Source: Octopus vulgaris
Taxonomy: Eukaryota
Length of the DNA stretch: 64,000 bases
Direction of reading: 5' to 3'
NCBI GenBank assembly: GCA_951406725.2
Contig: OX597818.1
Location: 104,470,001 to 104,534,000, forward strand
The position numbers and the translations under genes were made by a program. A model generated the notes under the pieces. It did not search any database, had not been told where the DNA came from, and worked only from the letters and a program-made list of their open reading frames with translations. Within the stretch, counting starts at the first letter, position 1; each line of letters opens with the position of its first letter. Of this stretch, positions 55,868-64,000 are shown piece by piece.

Positions 55868-58800
55868 ACCAAGCACAGAGAAGGAACCCTGCCCACCACT
55901 ATGCAAGACCATCACAGTCAACAGACACGGGATGGCCTCCCCTAACGCCTGCACAGCCGTCACCCCAATACTTTTACTAAATATTGGGAGTCTGTTGCAT
56001 CAAAATAGAAATAAAATTTCTTTCCTGAGAGATCTTACTGCATGCAATCAAGCCCTATGCATAGCACTTGTGGAAACTCACCTCAACCCTGATATAGAGG
56101 ACGCAGAAGTACACATACCAAACTATGCCATACTGCGAACAGACAGAAGGAAAAGGCGCCATGGTGGAGTTGTTGTATACATCCGAGATGACCTCACACC
56201 CCAGATCTTAATGACATACTCAAATTCGGTATGTGACACTTTAATTGTATACATAAGACAACATAATATAGTCATATGCAATACATATTGCCCAGCGGAT
56301 GCCCCAAATCACACAGGCAAGTTTGAAGATTGCCTCACAAGAATTAAAGAAATCCTCATGAATCTGGAACACCACGTGACCATATTTCTTATGGGTGATT
56401 TCAACTTCCCCAACGTCAAATGGCCCGAAAGTCACATACTCTCAGGAATGAATCATTGCAAGCAAGTACAGGTGGAGTCCCTGATCAACCTCACCAATGC
56501 CTTATTCATGGAGCAAGTTGTACTCAAGCCAACTAGGGCGAATAACATTCTGGATCTCTGCTTCACGAACAATATGGACATCATTCATGATGTGAAAGTG
56601 ACACCGACATCAGTTTCGGATCACAACATAATAGAGCTGTCTATGTTTGGGCCAAAAGTAACCAGAAACATACAGCCTAAAGGAAGCACCCGAAATCTCT
56701 CCAATCTGAACTTCCACAAAGCAGATTAGAAATCGATCCAAAAAGAGATCCTCAGAGAGGACTGGCCGGAATGTCTCTCCACACCAGACATTGACATGAA
56801 ACTAGAATGTTTCATGTCTTCTGTGCAAGCCGTATGCCAGAAATATGTCCCAGAGCACAAGGCCAAAACAAATAGGAGCAAGATTCCAAGAGACAGGAAG
56901 ATCCTCATGAGACGACGGACGAAGGTTGCAAATCGTCTCAAACAACATCCAAAAAGTAGCGAAACGTCCCGCCTAAAAACAACACTGATGGAGATCGAAA
57001 AAAGGCTGCAACAATCCTATGTGAAGGAGAAAGCAGACAAAGAAGCCTGAGTTATAAAAAATATTAAATCAAACCCAAAGGCCTTCTTTCATTACGCGAA
57101 AGAAACAGTCTCGATGCACTACAAGATAGAACCCCTCCTCCAAAAGGATGGTTCCTTCACAGACAGTCCAACCAAGATCAGTGAGATGCTGAATGACCAG
57201 TTCAAAAGTGTCTTTACCACCCCGTTGGAACACAGACAAGTGAACGAACCAGTGGACTTCTTTGCTGCCTCACCTATAACCAGCGAGGCGGTAACAATAG
57301 AATGTATTGACATTAGCGAAAAAGATGTCCTAAAAGCCATAGATGAAGTGGACACAAACTCAGCTGCTGGTCCAGATGGTTTCCCAGCCATCCTCCTCAA
57401 AGCGTGTAAGCATGCCTTGACAAAACCCCTCAAGATTCTCTTCCGGAGCTTTCTTGCGAATGGCAAACTGCCAAGCAAGCTGAAGGAGGGAATAATATGC
57501 CCAATACATAAAGGGGGAAGTAGAGCAGATGCCAAAAACTATAGGCCTATCTCTCTGACTTCACACATCAGCAAAGTCATGGAACGGATAGTCAGAAAGA
57601 AACTAATCGCATTCCTTGAGGAAAATAACTTGCTGAGTGATACCCAGCATGGTTTTCGACCAGGTAGGAGCTGCCTGGCCCAGCTCTTACAACATTATGA
57701 CTGGGTGTTTTGGCAGTTACTCAACAAATCAAATGTGGACGTAATCTACCTTGATTTTGCAAAAGCTTTTGACAAGGTGGATCATGGTATGATATGCCAC
57801 AAACTGCGTGACCTCGGCATAGCTGGAAAACTTGGAGTGTGGTTTCATGACTTCCTAAAAGATAGGAGTCAGGCAGTAGTGGTTAATGGAGCCACCTCTA
57901 TGAACACACAAATAGTGAGCGGTGTTCCACAGGGCACTGTCTTGGGACCACTGCTTTTTATAGTGGCCCTCTCAGATATGCCCTCAAATTCCCGGATAGC
58001 CACTCTGGCCAGCTATGCAGACGATACGAAAGTCTCGCAGAAAATACAGAACCCCAGCGATGTTGCACACCTGCAGCAGGAGTTGGACTCAATCTACAGA
58101 TGGGCTGAGGATAATAATATACAGTTTAATGCTGAAAAATTCCAGGCCCTGCGCTACCAGCATCCAAAACTGAATATTAAACTTACAGGATACACCGGTC
58201 CACAGGAAATTTCAATACCAGAGCTTAAGTCTGTGAGGGACCTGGGTATCGACATGAATGATGACACCTCTTTCCAAGTGCACATTACCAGGATGGCGAC
58301 AAAGTGCAGACGACTGGCTGGGTGGATCCTAAGAACATTCAGAACCAGAGATAAGGAAACCGTGATGGTCCTCTGGCGGACATTCGTCCTCAGCCGCCTG
58401 GATTACTGCTCACAGCTATGGTCACCCACCAGTGTAAAATTAACAGCGGACCTTGAAGCAATCCAGAGAAGATTCACAAAGAAGATCGTCTCTTTGCAAC
58501 AGCTCAGCTACTGGGAAAGGCTGAAACAGCTAAGACTCTACTCCCTGGAGAGAAGACGGGAGAGGTATGCAGTAATATATGTCTGGAAGATCCTGGAAGG
58601 AATTGTACCAAATGTTGGCATTGTAAGCCACACCAATGCTAGAACGGAACGACACTGCATAGTGCCAAAGATCTCAGCAATGCCATCACGCTTCAGAACC
58701 AGCTTCTGCAACAGCCTGGGTTTCAAGGGCCCACAGCTTTTTAATATTCTCCTAAAGAGTCTGAGGAACTTGCACAAAGTAGATGTAGCGGTTTTTAAAT

Positions 58801-58992
58801 CAAAGCTAGACATTTTCCTGTCGAGAGTCCCAGATGAACCTACCTCACGGCAAGAGGTGCAAATGAGAGTAGCTATATCAAACTCCATTCTTCACCAAGT
58901 GCCACATGTTAGACGAGGTTCTTCGCAATAACAGTGTAGCACAAAACGGCGGTGCATCAGCATGGCCGCAGCTCTGAGCTGAAACAAGAATT

Positions 58993-59005
<13 letters not shown>
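55868..59005 (+). mobile_element. 5'-truncated CR1-group LINE (LINE A)
   Basis: Last ~37 codons of ORF1 (STDTGWPP), full ORF2 span, 3' GGCGGTGCATCAGCATGGCCGCAGCTCTGAGCTGAAAC + A-rich tail; (TA)n on both sides. Confidence 0.95.
55932..58931 (+). pseudogene. LINE A ORF2 (APE endonuclease + reverse transcriptase) with two in-frame stops and no frameshift
   Basis: ORFs 55932, 56796 and 57114 share one frame; TAG 56727-56729 and TGA 57048-57050 align to Trp in LINE B; ETHL, GDFN, SDH, PQG, YADD motifs. Confidence 0.93.
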
Positions 59006-59031
<26 letters not shown>

Positions 59032-59038
<7 letters not shown>

Positions 59039-59361
59039 AATTCATAAATAAGGGCAAACGAAAAAAATTTCTAATGCCAAATATGCCGAAAAATTGGACA
59101 TATTGTCCATTAACCATATAATTTTTTCACAATACGCACGCTACTCGAAAAAAGGTCGACAGAAATTTCTAAAAAATTCAATTATTACCAAATTTTTAGA
59201 AATATCCATTATTACCAAATTTTTAAAATTTCTGTCGACCTTTTTTCGAGTAGCGTGCGTATTGTGAAAAAATTATATAGTTAATGGACAATATGTCCAA
59301 TTTTTCAGCATATTCGACATTAGAAATTTTTTCGTTTGCCCTTATTTATGAATTGTTTATA
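59032..59361. repeat. Near-perfect inverted repeat (arms about 145 bp) between the two LINE tails
   Basis: TATAAACAATTCATAAATAAGGGCAAACG...CGCACGCTACTCGAAAAAAGGTCGACAGAAATTT and its reverse complement; loop has duplicated ATTATTACCAAATTTTTA. Confidence 0.95.
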
Positions 59362-59454
59362 AATTTAACCTTTAAAGGCATTTTTTAATATGCTGGCCAT
59401 TAATAAATTTTTTTGAGAAAATAATTTTTTCGAAAAACTTTTATCCTACATTAG

Positions 59455-59496
<42 letters not shown>

Positions 59497-59588
59497 GATT
59501 GATTGATTGATTGATTGATTCTAGTTTCAGCTTATGAGCTGTGGCCATGCTGGGGCACCGCCATTTGGTGTTGCTACTTGGTTTCACT

Positions 59589-62585
59589 TCATGGAGGCTT
59601 TCTAGCAACTCCTATTTGGTGCATGAGAGAGTTCGATGCAGCTGCCCTCATCTGCCCCTCCTGCCGTGAAGTTGGTTCATCTGGGACACCTGACAGGAAG
59701 AGATCCAGCTTCATTTTAAAGACATCTGTATCCACCCCATGCAGGTCTCTCAGGTTCTTCGGGAGGATATTGAAGAGCTGTGGGCCTCGGAAGCCCAGGC
59801 TATCACAGAATCTTGTCCTACATCTTGATGGCAGGTTTGGAGTCCTAGGCACCACGCAGTGGCGTCCAGTTCTGGCATTTGCGTAACTCTCGATGCCAAA
59901 GTTCAGGACACTTCCCTCCAGGATCTTCCAGATGTATATTATGGCATATCTTTCCCGCCTACGCTCCAGGGAATATAATTTTAATCTCTTGAGTCTTTCC
60001 CAGTAGCTTACATTCTGCATAGAGGCTATCTTCTTTGTGTAGCTTCGTTGGATCGCCTCAAGTTCTGTGATCAACTTGACACTGGATGGTGACCATAGCT
60101 GAGAGCAATAGTCAAAGTGGCTTAGGACAAGTGTCTTCCAGAGGACCATCATGGTTTCTTGTTCTCTTGTTCTAAAGGTTCTAAGAATCCAGCCAGCCAG
60201 CCGTCTACATTTCATTGTCAGTTTAGCAACATGTACATGAAAGGTCGCGTCATCACTCATGTGAATACCCAGGTCACGCACTGATTGTGCCTCTGGGATT
60301 GCAATCCCTCCGGGTCCAGTGTATTCATTGGGTATTGCATTCAGTTTTGCATGCTGATAGTATAAAGCTTGAAACTTTCCAGCATTGAACTGCATGCTAT
60401 TCTTTTCAGCCCACTTGTATATTTCGTCCAGCTCACATTGCAGGTGTTTAGTGTCCTCAGGGTTCTGTATTGCCTGTGAAACTTTTGTATCATCTGCATA
60501 ACTTGTGATCGTGGCTCTCTGCATGGCTGAGGGCATGTCTGAGAGGGCCATTATGAACAGTAGTGGTCCCAGAACAGTGCCCTGCGGAACACCGCTCACT
60601 ATTTGTGTGTTAATGGAGGTGGCCCCATTGGCTACTACCACCTGACTTCTATCCTTCAGAAAGTCATGAAGCCATTCTCCCAGTTTTCCAACTATGTTGA
60701 GATCACGCAGTTTGTGACATATCATTCCATGATCGACTTTATCAAAGGCCTTTGCAAAGTCGAGATATATCACTTCCACATTTGAGTGGTTGAGCAGCCG
60801 TTTCAGCACCCAGTCATAGTGTTGTAGGAGCTGAGTTAAACAGCTTCTCCCTGGTCGGAAACCATGTTGGGTGTCGGGCAGCAAGTCATTCTCTTCAAGG
60901 AAGGTGATCAGCTTCCTTCTGACTATTCGTTCCATGACCTTGCTGATGTGTGAGGTCAGAGAGATAGGTCTATAGTTCTTGGCTTCCGCTCTGCTACCTC
61001 CTTTATGAATGGGGCATATTTTACCTTCCTTCAGTTTTCCTGGAAGTTTGCCAGCTGCAAGGAAGCTCTGAAAGAGGAACTGCAGTGGTCTTGGTAGGAC
61101 TCTCTTACATGCTTTTAGGAGGATTGCCGGGAATCCATCGGGGCCAGTAGCTGAGTCTGTTTTCATTTCATCTATAGCCTTGGTTACATCGTCTTCCTTT
61201 ATATCGATGTAATCTATCGTCGCCGCCTCTGATTTTATATCTGCAGTGGTAAAAAAGTCAGTTGGATTGGTGATTTGGAGATGCCCAAGGGGTGGAGTGA
61301 AAACACTCTTGAATTGCTCATTCAGTATTTCACTTACCCTCATTGGTTTTCCTGTAAGTGTGCCATCCTTTTCGAGGAGTGGCCCTATTCTACAGTGCAC
61401 TGTAGCTGTTTCTTTGGCATACCTGTAGAAAGCTCTGGGGTTAGATTTTATGTTTTCTATAGCCCAGGCTTCTTTGTCTGCTCTTTCTTTTTCATGGGAG
61501 AGTTGCAGACATTTTTCGATTTCCAACAGTTTTATTTTTAGGCGGGACTTTTCACTGCTTTCAATCTGTTTGTTTAGGCGATTTGAAAATTTCGTACGCC
61601 GTCTCATTAAAATTTTCCTCTCTCTGGGGATTTTGTTCTTGTGTACAGTGGCCTTTCTCTCTGGGACACATTTGTAGCATATGGCTTGCATTACAGACAT
61701 GAATTGTTGAAGTTTCACGTCGATGTCTGGCGAGGAGAGACATTTAGGCCAGTTTTGTTTGAGGATCTCTTTCTCAATTTGTTTCCAGTTTGCCTTATGG
61801 TAGTTCAAGCTGGAAAGATTTTGAGGGTTTCTTGTAGGCTGCATGTCCGTGCTCTCTTTTGGCCCGTACATGGTCAGCTCTATCATGTTGTGATCCGAGA
61901 GTAGTGTCGGTGTCACTTTCACATTATGGATGAGATCCATGTCATTTGTGAAACAGAGATCCAGTGTGTTACCTGCCCTGGTTGGTTGGAGTATTACCTG
62001 CTCCATGTACAGGGTGTTGATGAGGTTCAGGAGGGACCTCGCCTGTCCTCGTTCACATCTTGTCATTCCTGGGAGAGAAAGGCCCTCGGGCCATCTGACA
62101 TTGGGCAGATTGAAGTCTCCCATAAGAAGCACACCTATGTGTTGTTCTAATGTGGTTAGAATTTCTTCTATTTTTATAAGGCAGTCTTCAAACTTGCCCA
62201 CATGGCTTGGGGCATCTGGAGGGCGATATGTAGCACACACAACTACATCAAGTTGCCTAATATGTACAATTAGTGTGTCACACACCGAGTTTGAGTATGA
62301 CAAGAGGACCTGGGGTGTGAGGTCCTCACGGATGTACATAGCAACACCTCCATGACTCCTTTCTTTCCTGTCGGTCCGTAGCACAGCATACTGTGGTATG
62401 TGTAACTCCGCATCTGCTATGTCCGGTTTCAGGTGCGTTTCTGTAAGTGCTATGCATAAGGCTTGATTGCATGCAACAAAGTCTCTCAGGAACGGGATCT
62501 TTGTCCTGTTACTGAGTGTTTGCAGTCCTCTGATGTTCAGTAGGAGTATCGAGGTGAGGTGTACGTTGTTGCCGGCGGTGTCCAT
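59589..62585 (-). CDS. LINE B ORF2: APE endonuclease + reverse transcriptase (998 aa from first ATG; frame open from 62708)
   Basis: LLLNIRGL, LTETHL, YRPP, MGDFN, LDL, SDH; YRPISL, QHGF, YLDFAKAFD, GVPQGTVLGP, YADD, LERRRERY. The track start at 62693 is GTG; ATG 62585 aligns with LINE A ATG 55932. Confidence 0.95.
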   Translation of the reverse strand: MDTAGNNVHLTSILLLNIRGLQTLSNRTKIPFLRDFVACNQALCIALTETHLKPDIADAELHIPQYAVLRTDRKERSHGGVAMYIREDLTPQVLLSYSNSVCDTLIVHIRQLDVVVCATYRPPDAPSHVGKFEDCLIKIEEILTTLEQHIGVLLMGDFNLPNVRWPEGLSLPGMTRCERGQARSLLNLINTLYMEQVILQPTRAGNTLDLCFTNDMDLIHNVKVTPTLLSDHNMIELTMYGPKESTDMQPTRNPQNLSSLNYHKANWKQIEKEILKQNWPKCLSSPDIDVKLQQFMSVMQAICYKCVPERKATVHKNKIPRERKILMRRRTKFSNRLNKQIESSEKSRLKIKLLEIEKCLQLSHEKERADKEAWAIENIKSNPRAFYRYAKETATVHCRIGPLLEKDGTLTGKPMRVSEILNEQFKSVFTPPLGHLQITNPTDFFTTADIKSEAATIDYIDIKEDDVTKAIDEMKTDSATGPDGFPAILLKACKRVLPRPLQFLFQSFLAAGKLPGKLKEGKICPIHKGGSRAEAKNYRPISLTSHISKVMERIVRRKLITFLEENDLLPDTQHGFRPGRSCLTQLLQHYDWVLKRLLNHSNVEVIYLDFAKAFDKVDHGMICHKLRDLNIVGKLGEWLHDFLKDRSQVVVANGATSINTQIVSGVPQGTVLGPLLFIMALSDMPSAMQRATITSYADDTKVSQAIQNPEDTKHLQCELDEIYKWAEKNSMQFNAGKFQALYYQHAKLNAIPNEYTGPGGIAIPEAQSVRDLGIHMSDDATFHVHVAKLTMKCRRLAGWILRTFRTREQETMMVLWKTLVLSHFDYCSQLWSPSSVKLITELEAIQRSYTKKIASMQNVSYWERLKRLKLYSLERRRERYAIIYIWKILEGSVLNFGIESYANARTGRHCVVPRTPNLPSRCRTRFCDSLGFRGPQLFNILPKNLRDLHGVDTDVFKMKLDLFLSGVPDEPTSRQEGQMRAAASNSLMHQIGVARKPP

Positions 62586-63448
62586 CCTGTGTCTGTTTGC
62601 TGTGGTGGTCTGGTATATAGTGGGTAGTCCCACCTGCGGGCTTGGGTTTGATGAAGCCAGGTCAGCTGCTGTACAATCTTTTGTGCCATGCACAAAAAAG
62701 ATTGTTGCTCAGCAGCTGCTCTTTCGACAACATCATGTTGGCTGTTTGTGGCGCGCACAATATCTGCGTACCTCAGCTTTGGGGCAGGTGGTGCGTGGTC
62801 CATCCCTTTTCTTTGTGTTGATGGTTTGTCCATCTGCCTCGTGTCTCTGTGGCAGGGTCCCCGATGTGCAAAGCGGCAGCCTGCACCTTCCTTTCCATGC
62901 CAGCAGGAACCTCTCAGGTAGAACATACACACCCGTGTGCGCTGTTTGGTTCCATCCTTTGCGGTTCCACTTCTATTCCTGGTTGTTTCACTCTTTGGTC
63001 CTGCTTGAGCTTTTTCTTTTCCTTTAGCTCTTCCAGTCCTTCTTTTAGTTCTTCTTCCTCCCTCTACCTCTTCACCGGGTTCTCCGTCTCCATGGCCCTT
63101 GCTGCCGGTTGGAGAACTTGCACCTGGGTTCACTTCCCGGGCAGGTTTCTCATTCAAAACCTCCTCCCGGGCGTCCACCAAGTGGGGGTGACTTCTTTCA
63201 TCGTCTCCATTCTTGCCATCTTTGCCCCGCTCGTTCTCAAAGATGGCATCAAGTGCGCCAATGTGCGACCGTACAAGCGCATATGAGCGCACGAATTCCT
63301 GTATCTTTCGCTCCATCTGAGCCGCTGTCCTCTTGTAGCCTCTGCTCTTCAGCGCAGCCGCAATCACCTCGCTAGGGCTATCTCCGCCGGCGCACTCCCA
63401 TGCTCGTACGAATAAATCCAGCTCGTCACGTCTCCATGCTCTGGACAT
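62537..63448 (-). CDS. LINE B ORF1 (303 aa): Myb/SANT-like trihelix N-terminus, basic disordered linker, CCCH zinc finger
   Basis: WRRDELDLFVRAW...IAAALKSRGYKRTAAQMERKIQEFVRSY; C-x7-C-x8-C-x3-H (CMFYLRGSCWHGKEGAGCRFAH); overlaps ORF2. Confidence 0.85.
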   Translation of the reverse strand: MSRAWRRDELDLFVRAWECAGGDSPSEVIAAALKSRGYKRTAAQMERKIQEFVRSYALVRSHIGALDAIFENERGKDGKNGDDERSHPHLVDAREEVLNEKPAREVNPGASSPTGSKGHGDGEPGEEVEGGRRTKRRTGRAKGKEKAQAGPKSETTRNRSGTAKDGTKQRTRVCMFYLRGSCWHGKEGAGCRFAHRGPCHRDTRQMDKPSTQRKGMDHAPPAPKLRYADIVRATNSQHDVVERAAAEQQSFLCMAQKIVQQLTWLHQTQARRWDYPLYTRPPQQTDTGWTPPATTYTSPRYSY

Positions 63449-63504
63449 GCTGGATAATCCGTCTATCCGTTTATCTATCTAATTATGTTCGAGAGAAGAC
63501 AGGA

Positions 63505-64000
63505 AGATATTAAGGCTAATTAGAAGATAGAGTACTTGAAAAAGAAATATTAACAATATTAAAGTTTGTGTAAAAACGTTATTTGGGTAAAAACGTTATT
63601 TAATCTTAAGGCTAATTAGGGGATAGAGTATCTGAAAATGTATTAGCAATATTAATATTATATTAGAGTGTGGATAAAAACGTTGTTTAATCTTAAGGCT
63701 AATTAGGAGATAGAGTATCTGAAAATATATTAGCAATATTAATATTATATTAGAGTGTGGGTAAAAAAAACGTTATTTAATCTTAAGGCTAATTTGGAGA
63801 TAGAGTATCTGAAAATATATTAGCAATATTAATATTATATTAGAGTGTGGGTAATATTAAACGTTACTTAATTTAATCTTAAGGCTAATTAGAAGACAGA
63901 GTATCTGAAAAATTATATATACAATATTAAGCAATATTTACCGTTATTTAATTTAATCTTAAGGCTAATTAGACGTTATTAATATTAAACGTTATTTAAT
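63505..64000. repeat. Tandem 80-96-bp repeats upstream of LINE B ORF1 (candidate 5' UTR monomers)
   Basis: TAAGGCTAATT at 63511, 63607, 63694, 63784, 63880, 63960. Confidence 0.9.

Larger units (their letters stand above)
59497..64000 (-). mobile_element. Apparently intact full-length CR1-group LINE (LINE B); 5' end may run off the window
   Basis: Open ORF1 and ORF2, 3' two-hairpin tail followed by (AATC)6, tandem repeats upstream of ORF1. Confidence 0.95.

Noticed and set aside
57119-63375. Multiple ORFs antisense to the LINE ORFs
   Set aside because: Shadow frames of coding sequence with no independent motifs

Overview
Eukaryotic, AT-rich, microsatellite-saturated genomic DNA; the SINE families look like those of Octopus (coleoid cephalopod; my recognition, not a database result). 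I see no confidently callable host gene, and most ORF-track entries are (TA)n/(CA)n/(ATC)n artefacts. The window is a transposon graveyard: three tRNA-derived SINE families, Tc1/mariner and hAT DNA transposons, a Helitron-like element, a HERO remnant, a Penelope-like (Naiad-type) remnant, RTE-derived short elements, several minimal hammerhead ribozyme motifs and many fold-back inverted repeats next to (TA)n tracts. The right end holds two related CR1-group LINEs tail-to-tail. One is apparently intact (ORF1 with Myb/SANT-like trihelix + CCCH finger, 998-aa APE-RT ORF2, tandem-repeat 5' region). The other is 5'-truncated and its ORF2 is broken only by two Trp-to-stop codons (TAG, TGA). In a read-through hairpin those stops would face C residues from the intact partner, which is an A-to-I-repairable geometry (hypothesis). 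A shared two-hairpin 3' tail with covarying stems links these LINEs to one of the SINE families.
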